Program-made: the position numbers and the translations under genes
The notes under the pieces: generated by a model
The model's database searches: none
What the model was told of the DNA's origin: nothing
What the model saw: the letters and a program-made list of their open reading frames with translations, nothing else
In this document: positions 18,095 to 28,500 of the stretch, piece after piece
How positions within the stretch are numbered: the first letter of the stretch is position 1
Layout: the number at the start of each line of letters is the position of its first letter
IMG/VR virus record: IMGVR_UViG_3300035193_000067
Location: 32,001-96,000 of that record
From: a virus
Strand: one strand, 5' to 3'
Length of the DNA stretch: 64,000 nucleotides

Positions 18095-19131
18095 TTCTTT
18101 CTCCATGTAACAGGTTTTCCTCTCTCGTTTATACTGGATCCGTCTTCAGCCCAGTATTTATCTTCAGGACCATATTTTGAATACTCTTCCCAGGTTGGCA
18201 TTTTAGCCAACAGACGTGGATCATCCCATGAGCCTTTAAATTCTTCAAAGTTTTCAGGAGTGCAGTTTATTACCATATAAGCGTTATTCATATAATGTCT
18301 CTTACCCCTCCTTTGCGAACCATCAGGGTAATAGTAATAACCATCCTTTGTTATTTTGACAATATCCTCAATCTTATCTCTGTCACCTGATGCAGGTCTC
18401 CAGCCTTTTGGGACAGTTCCATCAGGAAATTCACAAGACAAAGACACCCCTAAAAACTGTCGAACACCTCTCCATGCATCATTGGCTTCCAGCTTCAACT
18501 TTTTCATATCAGGTTCAAGCGAATTGTTATTAGCAAGTACTGAAAATGCTATATTATCCTTAAATGCTTTGATACATTTTTCGTATTTAGCAACGATCCA
18601 CAATTTAGGGTCAACCCGATCCTCCTTCAGATCAGAAATCCTGTCAACAAGCGTGTAATATGTCTGAAGATACTTTGCTCCTCTTTCAGAGTTACTTCCC
18701 AGGAAGACATCAACATCCTTCAGCAGGTTATTGAACGTAAAAAACACTGATTTATGATCACCTGGTGGAAGGTTCCCTTGATACTCCAATAGATGGTAAA
18801 TTAATCCAGCAACTTCAACAAAGCTCTCAGAGCTCCCACAATACTCCCTGAGCCCTTTTAACTGTTCCATAAGGTCTACTCTTCCGTAAAGCCTCATAGG
18901 GCTGCGAAAGTGCTCGGAACGTGCCAGAGTGCATGCCAGTATACAGTAGGAAGGTAGATCAAGATCATGATCAGACAGATACTGATAGAACTCTCCTATA
19001 TGCTTTTTGTACTGGGTTTGGTTAAAGTGGTATTCAGCCTTGTCATGCCACCCAGAACCTTTTGCAGATCCCCGCAGCAATGTGTACATTGTCCTTGATA
19101 TTCCTGTCATTATTTGTTGATAACTGTCCAC
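18091..19131 (-). CDS. hypothetical protein
   Basis: 346-aa ORF with GGAGG RBS before GTG; no family recognised. Confidence 0.7.
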   Translation of the reverse strand: MDSYQQIMTGISRTMYTLLRGSAKGSGWHDKAEYHFNQTQYKKHIGEFYQYLSDHDLDLPSYCILACTLARSEHFRSPMRLYGRVDLMEQLKGLREYCGSSESFVEVAGLIYHLLEYQGNLPPGDHKSVFFTFNNLLKDVDVFLGSNSERGAKYLQTYYTLVDRISDLKEDRVDPKLWIVAKYEKCIKAFKDNIAFSVLANNNSLEPDMKKLKLEANDAWRGVRQFLGVSLSCEFPDGTVPKGWRPASGDRDKIEDIVKITKDGYYYYPDGSQRRGKRHYMNNAYMVINCTPENFEEFKGSWDDPRLLAKMPTWEEYSKYGPEDKYWAEDGSSINERGKPVTWRKK

Positions 19132-19139
19132 AGATCCTC

Positions 19140-20939
19140 CTACAGAAATTTAGAAATTGATTTTTTGGATATTGAAGGCGTTACTGTTTCAGACATCGAA
19201 TCCTTCTCCCTCATTCTCTCAGCAATGTACTCATCCACAGTACCTTTAGCCTGCAGCTGAATAATGGTACAAGGTTGTGCTCGCATCTTGTCCAACCAGG
19301 TCAACTCTCCCTCTGTTTTCACTCTTCTGTGAATCCTGTCAATAGACTGGTTCTTCTCTGTTGAAGACCTGATATAGTCTATAAAAACGCTTGTACGAGC
19401 TCTTGCCAGAAAATCCACACCTGTACCTGCTTTCTTAGGAAGTGCTGCCGCAATCCTAATCTCATTACCGTATACAAACTTTTTCTCAAGATCCTCATCG
19501 ATGTCAACTCCACCGTACAGCTTCATTACACCATACTGATCATTCCACAGCTCATGAATCAGATCTACCGCAGCTCTGTATTCTGTCCACAGTATTATCT
19601 TCTGATCAGGATCTGAAAGGACCTCCTCCAGGATCTCAGACAAGGCTTCATATTTGGCGGACTTCGTAGCTTCACCGATTAACCTTGGATGGTTAAGCAG
19701 CTGTATCAACCTGATCCCTGCATTATTGACAGAAAAAAACGTATCCAGATCTTCCCGATCTGTCAAGGAGCTTTTAACGCCATCAGACAGATCCTTGTAC
19801 AAGGTTTTCTGCCTTCCTGAGAGTATTACAGTTCTTGTCTGCATTGTCTTGTCAGGGAAACCTTTCAGATCTGCTTTGGTTCTCCGGATAGAGCAGGACT
19901 CCAACCTCTCTCTGAGAATATCAAGATTTTTGTAGCCAACCACTTTAGGTATACTGATCTTGTAGGTCTTGCCTGTCTTAGGATCCATACGAGGTACCTG
20001 TATTTCCTTAATAATATTAAAATACTTCTCGTACTTTACCTGTGTCGGAAGGTTACCGTTACCCATAATCTGAAGAGCAAAGTATGCATTCAATGGATTC
20101 TCAGACACAAGAGTACCTGTCATAGGATGCACCCTGGGAGGTTTACCTTCCAAAGTCTTTATGCGCCTGAGCATGCTTGACAGAACTTTCGATCTCTTTG
20201 CATCAGTATTTTTATACCAATGGAACTCGTCTATCAGTACTGTCTCAAAAGGAATCCTGCAAATAATACCGGTAAGTTCACTCTCAAGTTCTTTTTTATA
20301 CCCTATGATATTTTCAGGATGAACAAGCAGCACATTCCAGTCACCTTTTAAGTTCTTCTTGAGAGCTTTAGCAGCTGCCTTGCGCCCTGAAGGTACTACG
20401 TAAGGTTTCAAATAGGTATGCTCTAGTACTTCCTTCTCAAAACCCAGAAGTACCGGCAGAGGGGCTACTACAAGCGTCCTGGATGACTCTGAGGATACTA
20501 TAGCAGATACTGCCAGGGCTTGTAGAGTCTTACCAATACCCATTGAATCCATAAGCATGCTTCTAGGATTTTTGTACAGGAAAGCAATACCTGATAGCTG
20601 ATCCTCATAAGGTACGGTTTTTAGCTTACCGTCAAGCAGTTCCAGAACCTTACCGTTGTACTCTCCATGCTTTAATCTCTGGTTGAAAGCTTCCATCTTG
20701 GAATAATGCTTCAGCAATGCAAATGCCTCAGAGGAAGCTGTACGACCTTCAACCAGACCAGCTTCATCAAGTTTTCGTTTCAGTACTTTAAAATCCGCAT
20801 AATCCACTACCCACTCACCTGTTACATTCTCATACGTCGATAACAGTGATCGTATAATCATGTAACAGGTCCTGTAATTAGGATCAGCAGGATCAATTTT
20901 TACAAGAAAAAATTTCCCGTCAGTTCTGGTTTGCAGCAC
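19140..20939 (-). CDS. SNF2-family helicase
   Basis: DSMGIGKT, LVVAP, LIDEFH, MTGTLVSENP, IRRTK, SAKYEAL, GTGVDF, QSIDRIHR, GTVDE. Confidence 0.9.
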   Translation of the reverse strand: MLQTRTDGKFFLVKIDPADPNYRTCYMIIRSLLSTYENVTGEWVVDYADFKVLKRKLDEAGLVEGRTASSEAFALLKHYSKMEAFNQRLKHGEYNGKVLELLDGKLKTVPYEDQLSGIAFLYKNPRSMLMDSMGIGKTLQALAVSAIVSSESSRTLVVAPLPVLLGFEKEVLEHTYLKPYVVPSGRKAAAKALKKNLKGDWNVLLVHPENIIGYKKELESELTGIICRIPFETVLIDEFHWYKNTDAKRSKVLSSMLRRIKTLEGKPPRVHPMTGTLVSENPLNAYFALQIMGNGNLPTQVKYEKYFNIIKEIQVPRMDPKTGKTYKISIPKVVGYKNLDILRERLESCSIRRTKADLKGFPDKTMQTRTVILSGRQKTLYKDLSDGVKSSLTDREDLDTFFSVNNAGIRLIQLLNHPRLIGEATKSAKYEALSEILEEVLSDPDQKIILWTEYRAAVDLIHELWNDQYGVMKLYGGVDIDEDLEKKFVYGNEIRIAAALPKKAGTGVDFLARARTSVFIDYIRSSTEKNQSIDRIHRRVKTEGELTWLDKMRAQPCTIIQLQAKGTVDEYIAERMREKDSMSETVTPSISKKSISKFL

Positions 20940-21361
20940 TAGAACCCCTCATTTAAAAAATCTTCAATTTCCTGTTCGCGCTCATCTGCTGCACTGAAGG
21001 AATACACCTCCTGCAACCTACCTTTAAGAAGAGGATAACCCCGTTTACCCACTTTCGGGTTAGAGATCTCCTCTACATCCACTGAAGAGTTGACATAATA
21101 TACATTCTCAAACGTCAAGTCTTCATCTTTCCCCGCATCAGTAATGAACGTTTTAACAACTAGTTTAATCTGATCCCCGTCTTCCAAATCAAACTTTGAC
21201 ATATACCAACGAAGACCTCTCTGCTGAGCTTCTGCAAAAGATGTTATGAATTTCCCTTCACCGGAGTCCCAGGAAACCGGTTCATCATTTACAAAAGCTT
21301 CCACAATCTGAGTCCGTTTTCTCGACCTTTCGCTTCCTATTTGTACGATAATTTTAGTCAT
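20939..21361 (-). CDS. hypothetical protein
   Basis: 140-aa ORF tightly coupled to neighbours. Confidence 0.65.
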   Translation of the reverse strand: MTKIIVQIGSERSRKRTQIVEAFVNDEPVSWDSGEGKFITSFAEAQQRGLRWYMSKFDLEDGDQIKLVVKTFITDAGKDEDLTFENVYYVNSSVDVEEISNPKVGKRGYPLLKGRLQEVYSFSAADEREQEIEDFLNEGF

Positions 21362-21367
21362 TGCAAA

Positions 21368-22018
21368 CTACCGTTCATGAATTCTGTCAGAGAACAAAAA
21401 CTTATGATCCTCAGGCAGCATGTCTACCATTTCATAAGCAATATCGCGAATCTCCCACAGGGCTCTGTTTGAAGTCCGTAGGCAAAACCAGTTCCGGAGA
21501 CTTCTGGCATTTACTGTCCATTGCACCTGCGTTTTAAAAGCTTCGGGCAGTGCATATTTAATAATATCATTAGGTTTACGATCCCACTTTTCAGCATTCG
21601 ACCATTTGGCTATTTGCCAAATCTGAGACCTTACTGATTCATCTATCTCAGCATCTCCGGTATGAGTAAAGAAAGCATCCAGTTTGTCGGGAGAAGCGTT
21701 TTTAAGTACTCGCTTTAATGCCCACCTGGTACTCTCCACACTAGGAGACGCTATACGATGTTTTGCCAGCTGCTGAAGTACTGCACGTGAAAAATCCATA
21801 CCAAATGTGTAAACAGCATGTTCAAGCACTGATTCATGAGGAGGATTGAGAGGATCGAAGTCTTTACCTCTCTGCAGAATTCTTTCCTCAATTACTTTTC
21901 GATCCTTCAGACCTAAGTAATCGACTGTAGAATCCATTTTACTCAAAGTACCAGTACAGAGCCGTACAGCTCTGGCAACCAAATAAACAGGACTGTTATA
22001 AATTAATTCAACACTCAT
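21368..22018 (-). CDS. thyX: FAD-dependent thymidylate synthase
   Basis: HESVLEH, SRAVLQQLAKHRIASPSVESTR (ThyX motif with K for R), NARSLRNW..LR, ALWEIR. Confidence 0.92.
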   Translation of the reverse strand: MSVELIYNSPVYLVARAVRLCTGTLSKMDSTVDYLGLKDRKVIEERILQRGKDFDPLNPPHESVLEHAVYTFGMDFSRAVLQQLAKHRIASPSVESTRWALKRVLKNASPDKLDAFFTHTGDAEIDESVRSQIWQIAKWSNAEKWDRKPNDIIKYALPEAFKTQVQWTVNARSLRNWFCLRTSNRALWEIRDIAYEMVDMLPEDHKFLFSDRIHER

Positions 22019-22812
22019 TTTACCCTCTCAAACAATTCATTCAAGTCTACCTGCCAAACCCACTTACCTGTCAAAGCTCTGACAAAATAATTAATAGCCT
22101 TCTTCAGCTCCTTCTCCCAATCGTTGTCTTTTTTAAGACCAAGTCTGATTAAGTGTTTAATACCCATGCAGACGAGATACCGAGACTTTACAGGAACATC
22201 CACATTGTTCTCCATTATCTGCTCAGCAATATCAGTGGCCTGAATATTCATTTTCCTGTAATGATTGTCAGATACCTGGGTAGGAGATTCAAGCTCGTAT
22301 GGAAGTACTTCTACTACGCTTTCTTTAATGACACCATCCTCCTTTTTCTCAGAAATTGGATTTCCCCCACAAACGTCACAGATTAACTCATCTCTACATG
22401 AAGTATCATGAGTGTTTGCATGATCTGTCGAAGAAGGCTCTGATGTATCTATATGAAAAGTAGTACTACCGTCCCAAGGATAGCTTACCGACAAACTTTC
22501 CAAAACACCATCCTTATGGGAAAATTTAATGGAATGTAATTCTTTAAGTTGTTTTCCAGATAACCACTTGCGCACTAGCGAAGCAACCCTCCCTACTAAA
22601 AAAACATACTCAGGGTGGATAAAATATTCAACTACAGAACACCGTCTCAAACCTCTCCTCCAATAAACAAGCCCTTTTTGCGCTAAAGATTTCACCTCAT
22701 CAAACCTTTGATCCTCTGACTTAAAACTTCCGTAAGTTCCCTCAAAAGCTCTATTAAGTATGAAAAACTCATCACCCGTTAATGTTACATCTTTTACCAA
22801 ATCTTCACTCAT
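22015..22812 (-). CDS. DUF3310-like domain protein with unrelated N-terminal extension
   Basis: C-terminal NHY...IQATD...IKHLIRLGLK....ELKKAINY pattern; central C...CDVC. Confidence 0.65.
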   Translation of the reverse strand: MSEDLVKDVTLTGDEFFILNRAFEGTYGSFKSEDQRFDEVKSLAQKGLVYWRRGLRRCSVVEYFIHPEYVFLVGRVASLVRKWLSGKQLKELHSIKFSHKDGVLESLSVSYPWDGSTTFHIDTSEPSSTDHANTHDTSCRDELICDVCGGNPISEKKEDGVIKESVVEVLPYELESPTQVSDNHYRKMNIQATDIAEQIMENNVDVPVKSRYLVCMGIKHLIRLGLKKDNDWEKELKKAINYFVRALTGKWVWQVDLNELFERVK

Positions 22813-24290
22813 TGCTGCTCCCTTTTCTTTCTAAAAAATTCCATAACCTTCTGCACACCAAACATCCAATCAACCCTTCGCTGATCACTCCTCAATGCCA
22901 GATCAGGATCTATAAGCACTGAAACAATACTGTCAACCTTTCCAAAGATTCCTTCAGGCCTGTCAAGGATCTCACCGGAGTGCTTTGAAGGCCTTCCTTT
23001 CAAAGGAGTGAGCACTGACATAGCTTCCAACCCCAGAGCAAAAATCATCTTAGGTTTAATGCTGTGGATTTCCGTCATCAAAAAATCTGAACAGCACTTC
23101 ATTCTTCCGTAAGTCAAAGGTAGCTTTCCAGGGCATTTACTGACATACGTCCACCAAACCCTCTCAGGAGCTATCTCAAGCCCGTCAAGAACTTTCTGCA
23201 CCATAGACCTGTCTGAGGAAGATGAGCGTGTTACAACCATAAAATCAGCGCCTACACGACCTTCAGGAAGAACAGGTTTAACACCTGTCATGCACCGTTG
23301 GCAGGAAGCAATACATCTGTCAAGGTCCTTCAAAAGGAGATCTATGTAAACCCTAAAAGGATTCAACCAGGTTTTGGAGAACTCCTGCAGTTCTGCATCA
23401 AGACCACTAAAACCATCTCGGGGACAATTGCCCATTGAGATTCCAAGAAGGTCCGCTTCTGTACGAGCTCTGATTAAATCCTTCGATAGAACCCTGGTAC
23501 ATTGATCTTTCAAGGAATCCAATTCTTCATCGTTGAGGTAATAAGAGAAATTATACAGATTTGGTAATTTTACCAATTGATAGGAGAGCTCCATATCCTC
23601 CGACAGGTTGAGAATCTTTTCAGTTGTCTTTCTCTTCTTCAGTTCCTTGGCATTCTCTGCTGACATAAGACCCTCCAGACCACCAAAATCCTGAAGAAGT
23701 TTACCTGCTGTTTTCTCCCCGATCCCTTTGACGCCTTTAATGTTGTCTGACGGATCTCCCACAAGGGCTTTGATGCTTCCAATCTCCTCAGGTCCTGCTG
23801 AAAAGTATTCATGGACCCCATTCAGATCTGTATAAGATCTCCCCATTGGATCGTAAAGAGATACCGATCCTGTTACCAGCTGCCACAGATCGTGATCCTT
23901 TGATGCGATAATAACCTGATCATAATTCAAACATTTGGAAAAGTACTCTGAAAGTACTGCTATTACGTCATCCGCCTCCACACCATTTACGCAGAGATTG
24001 CGTAAACCAAAGTACTCCAGATACTTCCTGGCATCGTTTTTCTGCCTCTTAAGCTCTGCCATATCAAAGTTTTTCTTGGTCTCCTCCCTGTGCTCCTTGT
24101 ACTGCGTATAATGATCAGATCTCCAACGAGATTTACCCTCATCCCAAAATACGATAAACTCAAAGTCAGAAAAAGTACCTACTATATTGAAAAAATACTT
24201 CAGGATGTTCTCAGTAACCGTAGAAACCCCTTTGGAATATGCAGCTCTCCACATTAAAGGGTTGCCATCAACCAACACTATTCGCTTCAT
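22809..24290 (-). CDS. 5'-3' (flap) exonuclease fused to a family-4 uracil-DNA-glycosylase-like domain
   Basis: LVDGN, VEADDVI, SKDHDL.QL, GDPSDNIKGVKGIGEKTA; C-terminal CQRC...PEG..GADFMVV...YVSKC...C..FL..EI..IKPKMIFALG. Confidence 0.88.
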   Translation of the reverse strand: MKRIVLVDGNPLMWRAAYSKGVSTVTENILKYFFNIVGTFSDFEFIVFWDEGKSRWRSDHYTQYKEHREETKKNFDMAELKRQKNDARKYLEYFGLRNLCVNGVEADDVIAVLSEYFSKCLNYDQVIIASKDHDLWQLVTGSVSLYDPMGRSYTDLNGVHEYFSAGPEEIGSIKALVGDPSDNIKGVKGIGEKTAGKLLQDFGGLEGLMSAENAKELKKRKTTEKILNLSEDMELSYQLVKLPNLYNFSYYLNDEELDSLKDQCTRVLSKDLIRARTEADLLGISMGNCPRDGFSGLDAELQEFSKTWLNPFRVYIDLLLKDLDRCIASCQRCMTGVKPVLPEGRVGADFMVVTRSSSSDRSMVQKVLDGLEIAPERVWWTYVSKCPGKLPLTYGRMKCCSDFLMTEIHSIKPKMIFALGLEAMSVLTPLKGRPSKHSGEILDRPEGIFGKVDSIVSVLIDPDLALRSDQRRVDWMFGVQKVMEFFRKKREQQ

Positions 24291-25513
24291 TCACCCTCCT
24301 TCACAGCATCTATCCGTTTCACAGTAAGATCACGAACAGGCTTTAGTGTCTTTTTATATTCAAGCATTTCAATTTCGTCCTCTGTAAAGACTCCCCGCTT
24401 CTTCAAATCTCTCCAGAGCTGCTCATCAACAACATACTCTGTCTTCATCAAATGACGCAAGCCTTTATTTTTTAAAGTTGCAATTAATGCGTCAGTTCTA
24501 ACCATAGGCTTGGTACGACCTTCTTCATATGAATAATAGGCTTCAAAGCCTGAGTCTTTAATCAGGCGATCTTTACCACCTTCTGCCAGAGGCAGCCCGT
24601 ACTCTTCCAGGTAATCTTTTATAATATAACCTGTCTGATATTTCACCCAATCCCAATGTTTCTTTGCTGACTCATATCGATCCTGAGCCTCATAATAATG
24701 ATTCAATGCATTATAGAACTTAAGAGACTCTGCATCGGTCCCAATTGATTTTTTAGTATACAGATCCTTATGCTCACCATACTGAAGAATCTTTATCTGT
24801 GACTCCCCAAAAACAGGTATCACCAGCAACTCACTGACAACAAAAACCCCGTCGTCTGTAGACACGTCCAGGTAAATAACATCCTGAGCGTCTGCCCATC
24901 TCCTGGAAACCAGTCCGACAGTAGGGGAATCAATATCTGTATAAGTAAATGAGTTATCGGGAGACTTCACCAACACCCTCCCCAGCAGCCTGAGAACAGT
25001 ACCTGGGTGAACGGCTTTAATGCCACAAACAACAGGATCTATAAAAGTCTCTTTCTTTTCTTTCTCAACCAAATCAGAAATGTACAGCTCTTTCCTTAGT
25101 TCTGACTTGTCTTCTTCAGATAAAACTGGTATTTTCTCCGCAAGCCTCGCAACGGTCTCCAGCTCCTGAGTCTTCAAATAGATATTACGATGTCTATCCT
25201 TCATCGCCTTATCCACCATCTTTTTCAGAACTTTCTCAGTATTGGGAGACTCCGGCTGCACTGAAGCAGCACTGGACTCCACTTCAACAGTAGATGGCAG
25301 ATCTGGGGCAATGAGCTGCTTAAAAGCTTCCTTACGGGCTGCCTCTACCCTTTCCTGCATCGCTTTATCTGGTTTAGCAGACCAATGATGTGCACGTGTT
25401 TTGTGCCTCTGAAGGCCTCCTTCTGTTGAATAAGTGCTGCCGCAGCTCTTGCACGTCAAAAATTCCTTTTCCCATTTTGTCAGTTTTTTGTTTTTATCTT
25501 TAGCTTTTCGCAA
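24287..25513 (-). CDS. C2H2 zinc-finger-containing protein
   Basis: CKSCGSTYSTEGGLQRHKTRAH = C-x2-C-x3-Y-x5-L-x2-H-x4-H; TTG start with AGGAGG RBS. Confidence 0.7.
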   Translation of the reverse strand: MRKAKDKNKKLTKWEKEFLTCKSCGSTYSTEGGLQRHKTRAHHWSAKPDKAMQERVEAARKEAFKQLIAPDLPSTVEVESSAASVQPESPNTEKVLKKMVDKAMKDRHRNIYLKTQELETVARLAEKIPVLSEEDKSELRKELYISDLVEKEKKETFIDPVVCGIKAVHPGTVLRLLGRVLVKSPDNSFTYTDIDSPTVGLVSRRWADAQDVIYLDVSTDDGVFVVSELLVIPVFGESQIKILQYGEHKDLYTKKSIGTDAESLKFYNALNHYYEAQDRYESAKKHWDWVKYQTGYIIKDYLEEYGLPLAEGGKDRLIKDSGFEAYYSYEEGRTKPMVRTDALIATLKNKGLRHLMKTEYVVDEQLWRDLKKRGVFTEDEIEMLEYKKTLKPVRDLTVKRIDAVKEGE

Positions 25514-25539
25514 AACGATAGACCTCCTTAAGCTGTTAA

Positions 25540-25567
25540 AGCTTAACCACTACACAAAAAATGTCAA
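25540..25567 (-). promoter_or_regulatory. sigma70-type promoter heading the replication operon
   Basis: Minus strand TTGACA-N16-TAAGCT with AT-rich upstream tract, at the structural/replication module boundary. Confidence 0.65.
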
Positions 25568-25582
25568 GAGTTTTAAAAAAGA

Positions 25583-28500
25583 TTACCAGGGAGCTACTAA
25601 AACTGCATCAGTATTAGTACCTAGAGAGAATATTGAACTATAATCACTAACCACTGCAACATGTGAGGACCCAATTACTTCTGTCTGATGAGTAATATTA
25701 TTGGAAATCACATATCTGGCCGTACCTGCTGAAGGAAGTGGAAGATCCGCGAAATAGATAACAGTAGGCTCGTTGGCAGAGTTGTATAAAACAGGCAAAG
25801 AACCACCTACATAATTTCCTCCTACAATAGTATTCCCTTGTACCGAAATTGCATGAGTTCTTGCTGAATTGTAGTAGGCACCTACTGTAAAATAAATACC
25901 GGACATGGAATAGTTTCCTGAGTTGGTACCCTGACTGACCATATCTAAATAATTATTATCGACTACATACATTCGTCCTACAGAAGCGGATACAGAATCA
26001 CCAATCTCTGCAATAATATGATATGCTTTGTACGTAGCCGTTGGAAGGTTACCTCCTATACGCTCAACAGTATCTGTAGTAGATGTATGATTACGAGAAA
26101 TATTAAAACCTCCCCGAGAGAATACTCCAATACACCACGCTCCGTTAGGTACATTATTCAAACCAGCAGAAGGGTAATCTGCCCTCGGAATAAGCGCTAC
26201 ATCGTTATCACATACTTCAACAAAACCTGTATTGAAAGACGCAAATATCCCTGAAGTACTGCTCTGTATTTTATTAGAAAGAACCCGCACACCATTACAC
26301 TCATTTAACGTAATACCCCACTGATGAGCTTTTATAGAGTTTCCTCTGATCTCTCCTGTAGCCAAGGCTTCTTCAATTACAATACCGCCCCCACTCAAAG
26401 CATAATAAGATCCTGAGTCCAGGTAATCTATAACATTATCTGCCAAAAGAAATTCCAAAAAGCCAGAAAGCTTTAATGCAACAGGCTTGTATGATGCAGA
26501 AGAAGTATCTACATAGGAAGATTTAACATTTATTGTATTCCCTTGAACAACCGCCTTCCCTGCACTTGAATTACCTGCTAACGAAATGCCATATGACTGA
26601 ACACTGTCTGCTCCAGTGTCATTGAATATAGTGTACCCAATAGAATTACCTTCCACTGTAAACGTTGATTTTGTACCTGACGAAGGGTTGCTTAACAGAT
26701 TCATCATAGTTACATGATAATTTGTAGAAAAGAACCCGGAAAATATATTTTTAGAAATATCTACATTATAAATATTAACTCCATTTATCGCTGCCGAAAT
26801 TCCATATAAAGGAAGTTTTGAAGAAGAGGTATACTCAAAAGAATCAAAAACATTACTGTTTATTGTTATTGACCTAGTATTACATTGGGAACTGCAGTTG
26901 ATGAGTATACCGCCTAAGGACACATCAGATGACTGGAAATCTGACAGGTTGTTCCCTGATATAACCAACCCATCAACGGAAGAACCAACCCCCCCAACTG
27001 CCACTCTTATTCCTGCTATATAAGGGTAGGAAGATAATGAAGAGGAGCTGTACCTGAAATCGCTTGCGGTGTTGTTCGAGATAGAAACACCTGAACAAGT
27101 GATCGCAGCTACGTTTACCATACTACCGTACATCTCTCTAAAATTATTTGAAGAGATAGATACATTATACAGCGCTGCATCGTACTCAAACAATACACCA
27201 GTATGCAACCCTCGGAAAGTGTTTCCTGTAATCGATAAATCCGTAATATCAGAAGTATCATAAGCATAAACGCCTATAGCTGCACGAGTAGTACTGGAAG
27301 AGTACCTGCTTACAACATTCCCGCTGATATTTACTGAGGTTGTTTCCTTCAGTATTATAGCAGGCTCTTCGACAGAACCAGAACTCTCATCTATTTCAAT
27401 AGTATTCCCTGTAATGCTGACATTTGATGATGTGTACAGAGATATTGCACCTCCTACAAAACTACCCTTACCTTCAACAAAAAACGTATTGTTGGAAATA
27501 GTTGAGTTGGAAAAAGGTCCTGCAACCAACCCTGCATATTGAACAGTAAAACCTGTATTAGATGTGTAAAAAGTATTTCCAGAGACAACCCAATAATCCG
27601 CCTTGCTGGGAGAAAAAGTGTTTGGATTTACCAACCCCTGTGCTTCAACGGTATTATTAACAAAACGAACGCTATCTACAGTAGCGACTGAAGCTCCGTT
27701 AAACACAAAAGTATCATAAGTACAAGATATGACACAGTTTTGAATAGAAACCTTTGTATTTATCCCGAAAATGTACTCAACGTTACTCACAGTAGAAGAT
27801 ATTGACAAATCTTTTACAATACTACCGCTAGATAAACGCCACACATAATTAGAAGGAGTCCATGTTCCATAATTAGCAAATGACACTGAAGCGTCTGCGG
27901 AGGTACCGGACACTGTAACGTGAGAAGGTTGGGTGATTTCTTCTTTGACAACAACATCTCCCAGTACCTTAATCTCTACACAAGATCCATCATAAAGGTT
28001 TGCATAAAGAAAGGCAGCCTCCAGAGAAGTAAATGCAGTTTTAAAAGAAGACCCTACACTCCAGATATCCGAAACCTCATTAACATTTCTCACCAGTTCT
28101 ATTGTAGCAGTAACGTCTAATGAGGATGAATCTGTGGTAAATATATGAAGAGGTACACCTCTTTCAGGACTACCCTGCCCTGCATACACAGCTGTAGCAG
28201 TATAATCGGAAGAAACATTAGGCCTAAAAGATCCATCTCCTACGAGATACCTCAAAGCCTCCAATCGAGATCCTGCAAAATCATCTGTTATATTCAAATA
28301 CTGCAAAGATCCTGTACCCGCCTCAACATATGTCATAAACTCTTTATTAGCCAAGAGTGTTAGTACAGTATCTTCTGAAGATAGTCTTTTTCCTCTACAA
28401 TAAGAGCTGCCTCCTTTTACTGAAACAGAAAAACCAGTGGTGTTCACATAGGAAAAACTGTGATACCCTTTAGAGTCCCTCTCCAGAAGTACCCCTGAAG

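Noticed and set aside
21368-24290. Uracil- or hydroxymethyluracil-substituted genome
   Set aside because: ThyX points to normal dTMP synthesis and no base-modification enzymes are recognisable in this window; the UDG-like domain alone is insufficient.
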